A stretch of 38,756 nucleotides of DNA, from NCBI GenBank assembly GCA_016873525.1, contig VGXD01000001.1, positions 1 to 38,756 on the forward strand, read 5' to 3'. Shown here in pieces: positions 8,580-16,066 of the stretch. Positions within the stretch are counted from its first letter, which is position 1; the number at the start of each line of letters is the position of its first letter. Below the pieces are notes generated by a model, which saw nothing but the letters and a program-made list of their open reading frames with translations, had not been told where the DNA came from and ran no database searches. A program made the translations under genes and the position numbers. The DNA is from Nitrospira sp. (GTDB lineage: Bacteria > Nitrospirota > Nitrospiria > Nitrospirales > Nitrospiraceae).

Positions 8580-10298
8580 ATGGACATGGCAACGAAGCAG
8601 ACAGGCGAGGATTTGGACCGGGGGGCGCTGGCCGCCTTGTACGAGGAAACCTTCCGGAACTTTGAGGAAGGCACGATCATCGAAGGACACGTCGTTGCCA
8701 TCGGCAAGGACAAGGTGGTCGTGGACATCGGCTATAAATCGGAAGGCATTATCCCCGCCGACCAATTCTCGAGCCAGGAACTCCAGGAAATCAAAGTCGG
8801 CGACAGCCTCAAGGTCTATATCGAGGACCGGGAGGACGCCGACGGCAACCTCGTCTTGTCGAAGGAAAAAGCCGACAAGATGAAGGTCTGGGAAGAATTG
8901 GAACAGGCCCACAAGGACGAGAAAGTCGTGGAGGGGCGCATCGTCTCCCGCATCAAGGGCGGCATGATGGTGGACATCGGCGTCAAGGCCTTTCTCCCCG
9001 GCTCCCAGATCGACATGCACCCGGTGCGCGACTTGGATGGCTTGGTCGGCAAGACCTTCCCGCTGAAGATCATCAAGATCAACCACCGGCGCGGCAACGT
9101 CGTCGTGTCCCGTCGCGTCCTGCTGGAAGAGAACCGCGACAAGAAGCGGCAGACGACCTTGTCCACGCTCAAGGAAGGACAGTTGATCCAGGGCATGGTC
9201 AAGAACCTCACCGAGTACGGCGCCTTCATCGACTTGGGCGGCATCGACGGGTTGCTGCACATCACCGACATGTCCTGGGGCCGCGTCGCCCACCCCTCCG
9301 AGCTGTTCGTGATCGGAGACAAGGTGGAAGTGATGGTCCTCAAGTACGATCGCGAGACCGGCCGGATTTCCCTCGGCCTCAAGCAGAAGGGCTCCGACCC
9401 CTGGAGCAACGTCGCGGCGCGGTACCCGATCGGCACCCGCGTGCGCGGGAAGGTCGTCAGCCTGACCGACTACGGCGCCTTTATCGAACTGGAGCCCGGC
9501 GTCGAAGGGCTGGTGCACGTCTCGGAAATGTCCTGGACCCACGAAGTGCGGCATCCCTCGCGTCTGGTGTCGGTGGGCGACCAAGTCGAAGCCGCCGTGC
9601 TGAACGTGGATCCCAACAGCCGGAAGATCTCCCTCGGCATGAAGCAGACCGCCCCCAATCCCTGGGACATGGTGGAAGCGAAGTATCCGGTCGGCACCCG
9701 CATCGAGGGCAAGGTCAAGAGTCTGACCGACTTCGGCGCCTTCGTCGGCCTGGATGAAGGCATCGACGGGCTGATTCACATCTCCGACATGTCGTGGACC
9801 AAGCACATCAAGCATCCCTCCGAACTCTTCAAAAAGGGGCAGAAGGTGGAGGCGGCGGTCCTGCGGATCGACAAGGAAAAGGAGCGGCTCTCGCTCGGCT
9901 ACAAACAGTTGACGCGCGATCCCTGGGAAGATGAGATTCCCCAGCGGTACCGGGTGGGAACCACCGCGATCGGGAAGGTGTCCAAGCTCACCGACTTCGG
10001 CGTGTTCGTGGAACTCGAAGGCGGCGTGGAAGGCTTGATCCACATCAGCGAGAGCGGGCTCGACCAGCAGACGCGCCTGGAGGACAAATTCAAGCTCCAG
10101 GATGAAGTCTCGGCCAAGATCATCAAGGTGGATCGGGACGAGCGCAAGATCGCGCTGAGCCTCAGGGAACACGTGCTGGATTCCGAGCGCAAACAGGTGG
10201 ACGAGTACCACTCCACCCAGGGCGCGCTGGATCAGACGCTGGGCCGCGCGGCCAAAAAGACCAAGCGGCGCAATGACGCCGATCAGGAGAACGCCTGA
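8580..10298 (+). CDS. rpsA: 30S ribosomal protein S1 (six S1 domains)
   Basis: Six repeats of the G.V....GAF(V/I)(D/E)L..G..GL.HIS(D/E)(M/S) pattern. Typical length of 572 aa. Confidence 0.96.
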   Translation: MDMATKQTGEDLDRGALAALYEETFRNFEEGTIIEGHVVAIGKDKVVVDIGYKSEGIIPADQFSSQELQEIKVGDSLKVYIEDREDADGNLVLSKEKADKMKVWEELEQAHKDEKVVEGRIVSRIKGGMMVDIGVKAFLPGSQIDMHPVRDLDGLVGKTFPLKIIKINHRRGNVVVSRRVLLEENRDKKRQTTLSTLKEGQLIQGMVKNLTEYGAFIDLGGIDGLLHITDMSWGRVAHPSELFVIGDKVEVMVLKYDRETGRISLGLKQKGSDPWSNVAARYPIGTRVRGKVVSLTDYGAFIELEPGVEGLVHVSEMSWTHEVRHPSRLVSVGDQVEAAVLNVDPNSRKISLGMKQTAPNPWDMVEAKYPVGTRIEGKVKSLTDFGAFVGLDEGIDGLIHISDMSWTKHIKHPSELFKKGQKVEAAVLRIDKEKERLSLGYKQLTRDPWEDEIPQRYRVGTTAIGKVSKLTDFGVFVELEGGVEGLIHISESGLDQQTRLEDKFKLQDEVSAKIIKVDRDERKIALSLREHVLDSERKQVDEYHSTQGALDQTLGRAAKKTKRRNDADQENA

Positions 10299-10332
10299 GG
10301 GATGAGGACCTCCGTCAAGAAAGCGTCCCCGC

Positions 10333-11232
10333 ATGACTGAACAGGCTGCGTCACCGGCGCCGCGACGTTGGAAACCCTGGAGGATGCTATTGTGGACCCT
10401 CCTCGCCGGGTTTCTGCTCGTGGTGCTGGCCAACGTCTTCTCGCCCGACCTGGATCTGTCCGGGGAGGATCGCGTCGCCCTGGTCCGGGTCGAAGGGGTG
10501 ATCCTGGATTCCCAACAGACGGTGGACGAGTTGAAAAAGTTCGGCGAGAGCCCCTCGGTGAAAGCCATCGTCTTGCGCATCGACAGCCCCGGCGGCGGCG
10601 TCGTGCCGTCGCAGGAAATCCACGATGCGGTGGCGCGCGTCCGCAACACGAACAACAAGGCGGTCGTCGCATCCATGGGAACCGTGGCCGCGTCGGGCGG
10701 CTACTACATTGCCGTGGCCACGGACCGCATCCTCGCCAATCCCGGCACCCTCACCGGGAGCATCGGCGTCATCATGGAACTGGCCAATCTGGAAGGGCTC
10801 CTCAAGAAAATCGGGGTGGAGAGCGTGGTGGTCAAGAGCGGACGCCACAAGGACATCGGCTCCCCCTTCCGGAAAATGAACGCGGACGACCGACGCATCC
10901 TCCAGACCGTGATGGACGACGTGCACGGCCAGTTCATCGAGGCGGTGGCGGAAGGACGTTCGCTCGATGTGGGGGACGTACGGGCGCTGGCCGACGGACG
11001 CATTTTCACCGGACGTCAGGCTAAGGAAGCCAAGTTGGTGGACGAATTGGGCACTTTGGAGGATGCCATCAAGCTGGCGGCGGAGATGGCGGGGATCGAG
11101 GGAGAGCCCAAAGTCGTGGAGCCGAGGAGACGGTTCTCGATCCGCGAATTCCTCGAGAGCCGCCTGGGCGGCGCGCTCCCCCGGCTGGATTTTCACACCG
11201 GGGTCAGTTTGAAGTATCTGATGGCGTTCTGA
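10333..11232 (+). CDS. sppA: Signal peptide peptidase SppA, 36K type (S49 family)
   Basis: N-terminal TM, IDSPGGG, and AASGGYYIA nucleophile region. Length fits the short SppA form. Confidence 0.9.
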   Translation: MTEQAASPAPRRWKPWRMLLWTLLAGFLLVVLANVFSPDLDLSGEDRVALVRVEGVILDSQQTVDELKKFGESPSVKAIVLRIDSPGGGVVPSQEIHDAVARVRNTNNKAVVASMGTVAASGGYYIAVATDRILANPGTLTGSIGVIMELANLEGLLKKIGVESVVVKSGRHKDIGSPFRKMNADDRRILQTVMDDVHGQFIEAVAEGRSLDVGDVRALADGRIFTGRQAKEAKLVDELGTLEDAIKLAAEMAGIEGEPKVVEPRRRFSIREFLESRLGGALPRLDFHTGVSLKYLMAF

Positions 11233-11243
11233 ACGAGGAGCAC

Positions 11244-11313
11244 TCAGCCCTTAGCGCTCAGCAAACTGGCGGATGCGGTCTCCGAACTGGAAGCTGACCG
11301 CTGACCGCTGACG
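11244..11313. repeat. Inverted arrays of tandem heptamers: TCAGCNN-like x3 (11244-11264), 28-nt spacer, GCTGACN x3 (11293-11313)
   Basis: tcagccc ttagcgc tcagcaa ... gctgacc gctgacc gctgacg. Positions 11244-11262 pair with 11293-11311 (15 Watson-Crick pairs, 1 G-U, 3 mismatches). Confidence 0.8.
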
Positions 11314-11334
11314 GTCCAAAGAGGAGGCGGAGGC

Positions 11335-11613
11335 ATGACGAAAGCACAGATCATTGAGCGGGTTGCGCAGGAAGTGACGACGCTCACCAAGCGGCAGGCC
11401 GAAGTCGTGGTCAACACGATTTTCAACAGCGTCCGCAATTCCCTTCAGAAGGGGGACAAGACCGAGATTCGCGGATTCGGCAGCTTCCGCCTGCGGGCCC
11501 GCCGCATGAAGGAGGGGCGCAATCCCAAAACCGGCGCCACGGTCTCCGTGCCGGCCAAAAAAGTCCCGTTCTTCAAGGCCGGCAAGGAACTGAAGGATCT
11601 CCTGAACAAGTAA
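11335..11613 (+). CDS. ihfB: Integration host factor beta subunit / HU-family DNA-binding protein
   Basis: EIRGFGSF...GRNPKTG...VPFFKAGKELKD beta-arm motifs, and the conserved position downstream of rpsA. Strong SD GAGGAGG. Confidence 0.82.
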   Translation: MTKAQIIERVAQEVTTLTKRQAEVVVNTIFNSVRNSLQKGDKTEIRGFGSFRLRARRMKEGRNPKTGATVSVPAKKVPFFKAGKELKDLLNK

Positions 11614-11634
11614 ACACGGCGGCTGGAAAGGTTC

Positions 11635-12639
11635 ATGGGCATGGCTGATTCAAACGGATCGACTGCGCAATCCGACATCGTCTGGACGGCGGACGCGCTC
11701 CAACGGATGGAGCGGGCGCCGATATTTTTGCGCGGCATGGTCAAACGCCTGGCCGAAAAAAAGGCCCGGGAGTTCGGCTATCCCGAGATCACCGGAGAAA
11801 TTCTCGACCGGTTCAAGGGCCAGATGATGGGCCGCATGGGCGGCGAGGAGGGGATGGCCGCCGCCGCCGATCAGATGGCGCAGGGCAAGCTGCCCTGGAC
11901 CGCGGCGGCGCGGGAGCGGCTCCAGGCGGTCCCCGAGTTCATGCGTTCCATGACCCAACAGATCGCCGAAGAACTGGCGAAGGAGGGCGGCCACCTCGAG
12001 GTCAACGTCGAATTGTTCGAGCGGGTGGAAGCGCTGGGCGACATCCAGGAACAGGCCGGACCGCCGATGGATTGGAGCGAGGGGGCCAAGGCCAGGCTCC
12101 AAGAGAAGATCCGGCAGTCGCCCCCCATCGCCATGGACTTCGTCACCGACATGCTGACGCGGGATACCGAAGACCTGGCCCGCGAGAAGGGTCTCACCCG
12201 GATCGACGAGGCTGCGCTCGACCTTCTTTGGGACGCCCCGCAAGCCAAGGTCTCCTGGACCGATGAGGCCTGGAAGCGCCTGCACACCTCGCCGGACTTC
12301 GTGCGGAGCGGCATCCGGAAAGCGGCCGAGCGGCGGGCGCGGAAACTGGGGCTGCGCGAGATCGACTCCGACCACCTCACGACGTTCCGCAACGAAGCGA
12401 TGATGAAGGCCGTCAAGCGCATTCGGAGCTTCGGCTACAAGGAGCTGACCTTCGACGCCTTCGAGACCGCCCTACAGAAGACCAAGCGCCTCAAGGGAAA
12501 CGATCAGGCCGAGAAGCGCCTGGAAGAAATCCGGGAACACTTTAAGGCCCCGGAGACCAAAAAACCGGAAGGCGGCACGCTGGGGGCGGAGCTGATGGAT
12601 CGTTTCAGGAAATACCTGAAAGGCGAAGGCTCCCTCTAG
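11635..12639 (+). CDS. Protein with four tandem PCP_red-like repeats (protochlorophyllide reductase B C-terminal-type domain)
   Basis: Four repeats start at W17, W88, W147 and W208 with the pattern W(T/S)..A...L...P.F.R.......A...G...I. This matches my recollection of the BchB/ChlB C-terminal WT.EAE..L..IPFFVRGK...N.E.FA motif. Confidence 0.7.
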   Translation: MGMADSNGSTAQSDIVWTADALQRMERAPIFLRGMVKRLAEKKAREFGYPEITGEILDRFKGQMMGRMGGEEGMAAAADQMAQGKLPWTAAARERLQAVPEFMRSMTQQIAEELAKEGGHLEVNVELFERVEALGDIQEQAGPPMDWSEGAKARLQEKIRQSPPIAMDFVTDMLTRDTEDLAREKGLTRIDEAALDLLWDAPQAKVSWTDEAWKRLHTSPDFVRSGIRKAAERRARKLGLREIDSDHLTTFRNEAMMKAVKRIRSFGYKELTFDAFETALQKTKRLKGNDQAEKRLEEIREHFKAPETKKPEGGTLGAELMDRFRKYLKGEGSL

Positions 12640-12680
12640 GCTGACGCCGACCACGCGGACCGCGTGTCGCCGGAGTCCCG

Positions 12681-13343
12681 ATGAAAACCTCCTGCCTGCT
12701 CCTCGCGATCGTTCTGCTGACCGGCTGTGCCACTGCCTTGAAGCGGGAAGGCCGCTGTCTGGCCAGCTTGACCCCCGACTATCTTCACGCCCAAGAAGAA
12801 CTAGCCTCCCTGGAAGCGTCCTGGCACAGGGCGATGGACCGGCGCGATGCGGCCCTCAACGCCGTTCCCCCCCGCCCCCCATCCAACGCCGTCATCCCAT
12901 CCTCGATGTCGGCTCTTCCGTTGCCGGCCGCGACCTCGGAAGAGGGCCGAGGGGGGACGCGGCCAAGCCGGCGCCTTTGGGCCGTTCGTCAGGCTCCTCA
13001 GGCTCCTGTGGAGCAGGCCCATCCTGACACGTCCACAAGCGAAGCCTACGCAAAGCTTGCCGAAGCCAAGGCCCGTCACAAACCGATGGTGTTCTGGTAT
13101 GACAAGGTGTACGAGCGGGTGCGAACCCGCATGGATGAAGAAGAGATTCTCTCCGAAGTCCGCATGGTGCTGCTCCCGGGACCCGGCGTGGTGTTCTACC
13201 CGCTGATTCGCTGGAACATCCACTCCGTGTTCTGGGACGGCGCAGACCCGGACGCCGAATCAGACCCCGTGACCCATTATTGCGCGGACCGCCTCGCTCA
13301 CGTCGCAGCCGCACCGGACGACACATCCCGCCACATGGAGTAG
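12681..13343 (+). CDS. Hypothetical lipoprotein
   Basis: Signal peptide with lipobox LLTGC; GGAG SD 5 nt upstream. No family recognised. Confidence 0.6.
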   Translation: MKTSCLLLAIVLLTGCATALKREGRCLASLTPDYLHAQEELASLEASWHRAMDRRDAALNAVPPRPPSNAVIPSSMSALPLPAATSEEGRGGTRPSRRLWAVRQAPQAPVEQAHPDTSTSEAYAKLAEAKARHKPMVFWYDKVYERVRTRMDEEEILSEVRMVLLPGPGVVFYPLIRWNIHSVFWDGADPDAESDPVTHYCADRLAHVAAAPDDTSRHME

Positions 13344-13411
13344 ACCGCAAGACCGGAGTGGAGACCCAACCGACGGAGAGGACTTGCTCGGGAGGAAACG
13401 TCCGTCATGAA

Positions 13412-13495
13412 AAACGGTGGAGGGACGTCTCTACAGGAGGATGAGAGACGTCAGTTACTTCGGGGCACAACCAAAGTACGCAACCTCCACCGTTT
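13412..13495. ncRNA. Candidate structured RNA or palindromic element (nested helices); strand undetermined
   Basis: Perfect 12-bp outer helix aaacggtggagg (13412-23) / cctccaccgttt (13484-95). It encloses a perfect 9-bp hairpin gacgtctct (13424-32) / agagacgtc (13444-52) and a 5-bp hairpin (13456-60 / 13474-78). Confidence 0.3.
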
Positions 13496-13616
13496 CAATG
13501 AACCATGGGGCCGGGCCTCTTTGCAAGGCCCGGTTGGGGAGACTTTGGCGACGGGGTCAGGACCAGGCCGTTCCTTGCCCTCGGCGCACGCGGCGCCTGG
13601 CGCAAGAAACAGGGAA

Positions 13617-13642
13617 CTGCGGCGCGCCTCAACGCGCCGCAG
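13617..13642 (-). terminator. GC hairpin (10-bp perfect stem) at the 3' end of the minus-strand ORF
   Basis: ctgcggcgcg (13617-26) / cgcgccgcag (13633-42), loop cctcaa. On the minus strand it is followed by TTCCCTGTTTCTTG. The ORF stop codon lies in the loop. Confidence 0.45.
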
Positions 13643-13949
13643 TCGGTTTGGGCCAAAACTTGTGTCGGATTTGCGGCAGCTGGACGTTTTCAAAATTCGG
13701 GATGTCGTAGAGACATCGATCGATGGTCTCGACTTCTTCCGGCGTCAATTCCAGGACCACGGGCTTTTTCCAAAACTGATCCAGCGCGAAGTAATCGCCG
13801 GTTGTCGGTTTTTCGGCGAGCAGCGCTTGCATCTTTTTGAACCCCTCGGTGTCTACTCCGGAAACCCGCCCCTTGTTCTTGTCGATGCACCACTTGAGCA
13901 CTTCCGCAACCCCGTACATGGTCAATTCGATCTTTTCTTTCCCTGCCAT
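13629..13949 (-). CDS. Hypothetical small protein (106 aa)
   Basis: AGGAGG sits 5 nt upstream of ATG 13949. Balanced, non-Arg-rich composition, unlike the overlapping plus-strand ORF. No family recognised. Confidence 0.55.
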   Translation of the reverse strand: MAGKEKIELTMYGVAEVLKWCIDKNKGRVSGVDTEGFKKMQALLAEKPTTGDYFALDQFWKKPVVLELTPEEVETIDRCLYDIPNFENVQLPQIRHKFWPKPTAAR

Positions 13950-14089
13950 TGGATCCTCCTGACGTTGGGCCTGTATTCTACAGCAGTTGCCCGGCGTTCT
14001 TCTAGAGGGAACCTGACGCATTCTTCGCCACGCCATCTTCCGGCCTGTTCCGGATCAGAACCGGAGGGTTTGACCGACCGGACCTGTGG

Positions 14090-14118
14090 TTGCGAAGCCG
14101 GCCAGGCCTTTGTATACT
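14090..14118 (+). promoter_or_regulatory. Candidate sigma70-type promoter for the FG-GAP gene
   Basis: TTGCGA (14090-95), 17-nt spacer, TATACT (14113-18), about 60 nt upstream of ATG 14180. Confidence 0.35.
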
Positions 14119-14179
14119 CTTCGACACAAGACAACCTCTTCGAGTCCCTCGCACAGAGGCCTCGGCCCATGACCTCCTG

Positions 14180-15379
14180 ATGCACGACCTTCTCACCATA
14201 CCTGTGACCCGTGCCGGAACCCTGGCCCTCCGATTCCTCGTGGCGGCAGCCCTGACTGTGGCAGGAGGGTGCATCTCCAAAGATGCCTACGTCCCGCCGG
14301 ACCTTTTCTATCTCTTTGCCAGCTACCAGGTGGGCAAGAACCCGACCGCCGTCGCAACCGCGGACTTTAACCAAGACGGCTCCACCGATCTGGTGACGAC
14401 CAACATCGGAAATAGTTCGCTGTCGGTGCTCTTTGGAAACGGGGACGGCACGTTCAAGGAGCAGGTCCAGATCGATGCGGCCAGGGAACCCCGCGCCCTG
14501 GCCCTCGACGACTACAATGGGGACGGCCGCATGGACTTGGCCGTGGCCTGCTCCGGCAGCGATCAAGTCGCCATTTTCTTCGGCCTTGCGAACGGGACCT
14601 TCGGCGTGGGACAGCGGTATGCCGTACACAAAATTCCGGTCTCCATTGCCAGCGGCGACTTCAACGGGGATCGCAAGCCGGACTTGGCCGTCGCGCTCCG
14701 TAACGACAAAGTCAAAATCCTCCTGGGGAACGGCGATGGGTCCTTCACGGAAGGGGCGCTGTACGAATACGGCGACACCCCAACCTCGATCGCGGTGGCC
14801 GACTTGAATCAAGACGGCAGGCCGGACCTCGCGGTGGCCAACGGAGGCCCCATGAGCAGCGCCGTTTCGATCTGGCTTGGAAACGGAGACGGCACCTTCC
14901 GCACCCCGACGGATTATCGAACCGGCAAACGGCCCTTGGTCGTGACCTTCGCCGACTTCAACAACGACCAGCGGACCGATCTCTTGGTCATGAACGGCGA
15001 GATGGATACGTTCACCACCTTTCTGGGAAACGGCGACGGAACCTTCCAAGAGGGCAAAGAATCCGGGGCCGATGCAGGTCCGGTGTACGGGCTGGCGAAA
15101 GACTTTAACGACGACCGTTGGGCGGACGTGGCGATCGCCAACGTCCAGTCCGGCAACCTGTCCATCCTCTTCGGACGAGGAGACGGCACGTTCCAATACC
15201 CGCCCATGAACTACAAGACGAAGGGCGGCCCCTTTGCGATCGCCACCCTCGGATTCACGGCCAAGCAGGAGGGAGAGCCAGGATTGGCCATCGTCAACAA
15301 CGGCGCCGGCAGCGTGTCCATTTTCCTCCACCGTGGGCTGAAGGGGCACAGCCGGGCCCCAACGCCGGCACCTTCGTAA
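14180..15379 (+). CDS. FG-GAP/VCBS repeat lipoprotein (about seven-bladed beta-propeller)
   Basis: Lipobox LTVAGGC. About seven repeats of DFN.DG..DL.V.N......S(V/I)L.GNGDGTF. Confidence 0.85.
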   Translation: MHDLLTIPVTRAGTLALRFLVAAALTVAGGCISKDAYVPPDLFYLFASYQVGKNPTAVATADFNQDGSTDLVTTNIGNSSLSVLFGNGDGTFKEQVQIDAAREPRALALDDYNGDGRMDLAVACSGSDQVAIFFGLANGTFGVGQRYAVHKIPVSIASGDFNGDRKPDLAVALRNDKVKILLGNGDGSFTEGALYEYGDTPTSIAVADLNQDGRPDLAVANGGPMSSAVSIWLGNGDGTFRTPTDYRTGKRPLVVTFADFNNDQRTDLLVMNGEMDTFTTFLGNGDGTFQEGKESGADAGPVYGLAKDFNDDRWADVAIANVQSGNLSILFGRGDGTFQYPPMNYKTKGGPFAIATLGFTAKQEGEPGLAIVNNGAGSVSIFLHRGLKGHSRAPTPAPS

Positions 15380-15459
15380 GCGCGTCCCTCCTCGTCGAAG
15401 CCGCACTCGCGGTTCAGCCTCGTGCCGCAGACTGTCGCTGCGCCGTTCCTCGCTCTTCC

Positions 15460-15488
15460 TTGACACCCCTTGGTTGCTGCGTTAGATT
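15460..15488 (+). promoter_or_regulatory. Candidate sigma70-type promoter
   Basis: TTGACA (15460-65), 17-nt spacer, TAGATT (15483-88), directly upstream of the small membrane ORF. Confidence 0.4.
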
Positions 15489-15532
15489 GGCCAAGAAGAC
15501 CTCAGTGCCAACCGTGCGACGACATTGTCCGG

Positions 15533-15754
15533 ATGGGGTCGGGATGGGACATCGTGAGAACATTCTTTTGGTGGTTCGGAATGGGCGCGCTCATGACCCT
15601 CTCGGTCCTCATGGTGCAAGGAGGCGTGCGCGACTTGCTGTACGAGACGCATCCCAGCGGAAGCGGCAGCGCCTTGTTGAGTTTCGCCACCACGATCTTC
15701 GGCGGAGGCCTGTTGGCGGGCTGTCTCGCCTTGGTCATGACCCGTCTCCGGTGA
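15533..15754 (+). CDS. Candidate small two-TM membrane protein (73 aa)
   Basis: Two hydrophobic segments (FFWWFGMGALMTLSVLMV and LLSFATTIFGGGLLAGCLALVM), preceded by a candidate promoter. Start uncertain (ATG 15533 or GTG 15554). Confidence 0.4.
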   Translation: MGSGWDIVRTFFWWFGMGALMTLSVLMVQGGVRDLLYETHPSGSGSALLSFATTIFGGGLLAGCLALVMTRLR

Positions 15755-15877
15755 CGCTCGACATTCGGCTTGACAGGATGCGGGCCAACACGGTAGAAGC
15801 ACGACGCTTCCGCATCAACGCGATGGACGACGCCGTATCCCGGGTGCAAGCGGACATGGCCCCAACTGGATGGAGCG

Positions 15878-16066
15878 ATGCATTGTCTCAAGTGCAAAGG
15901 GTTCATGATGGTCGAGCGTCAGTACACGCTGGCCGACCGCCGGCTGTACGCGCGCTGCCTGAACTGCGGATTTTGGCTGGACCTGGCGGACCTCTTGCGG
16001 TTTTTTCACAAAGTCATCGACAGCGGGGCTCGTGGCTCCAAGGCTCGTGAGACCCTCACGCTCTAA
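15878..16066 (+). CDS. Candidate zinc-ribbon micro-protein (62 aa)
   Basis: CxxC-x20-CxxC (CLKC...CLNC). The SD spacing is weak, and the 3' end overlaps the predicted carboxypeptidase start by 35 nt. Confidence 0.3.
   Translation: MHCLKCKGFMMVERQYTLADRRLYARCLNCGFWLDLADLLRFFHKVIDSGARGSKARETLTL

Noticed and set aside
8565-10676. 703-aa minus-strand ORF covering rpsA
   Set aside because: It is antisense to an unmistakable six-domain S1 protein. The translation is Arg/Gly/Pro/Leu/His-rich with no motifs, which is a typical GC-driven shadow ORF.
13407-14180. 257-aa plus-strand ORF spanning the convergent intergenic region and the small minus-strand gene
   Set aside because: It has no SD and an Arg/Ser/Pro-rich translation. 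It runs through four stable hairpins and overlaps a minus-strand ORF that has a consensus AGGAGG.
13922-15466. 514-aa minus-strand ORF covering the FG-GAP gene
   Set aside because: It is antisense to a clearly periodic FG-GAP repeat protein. Its composition is Arg/Gly/Val-rich and it has no recognisable domain.
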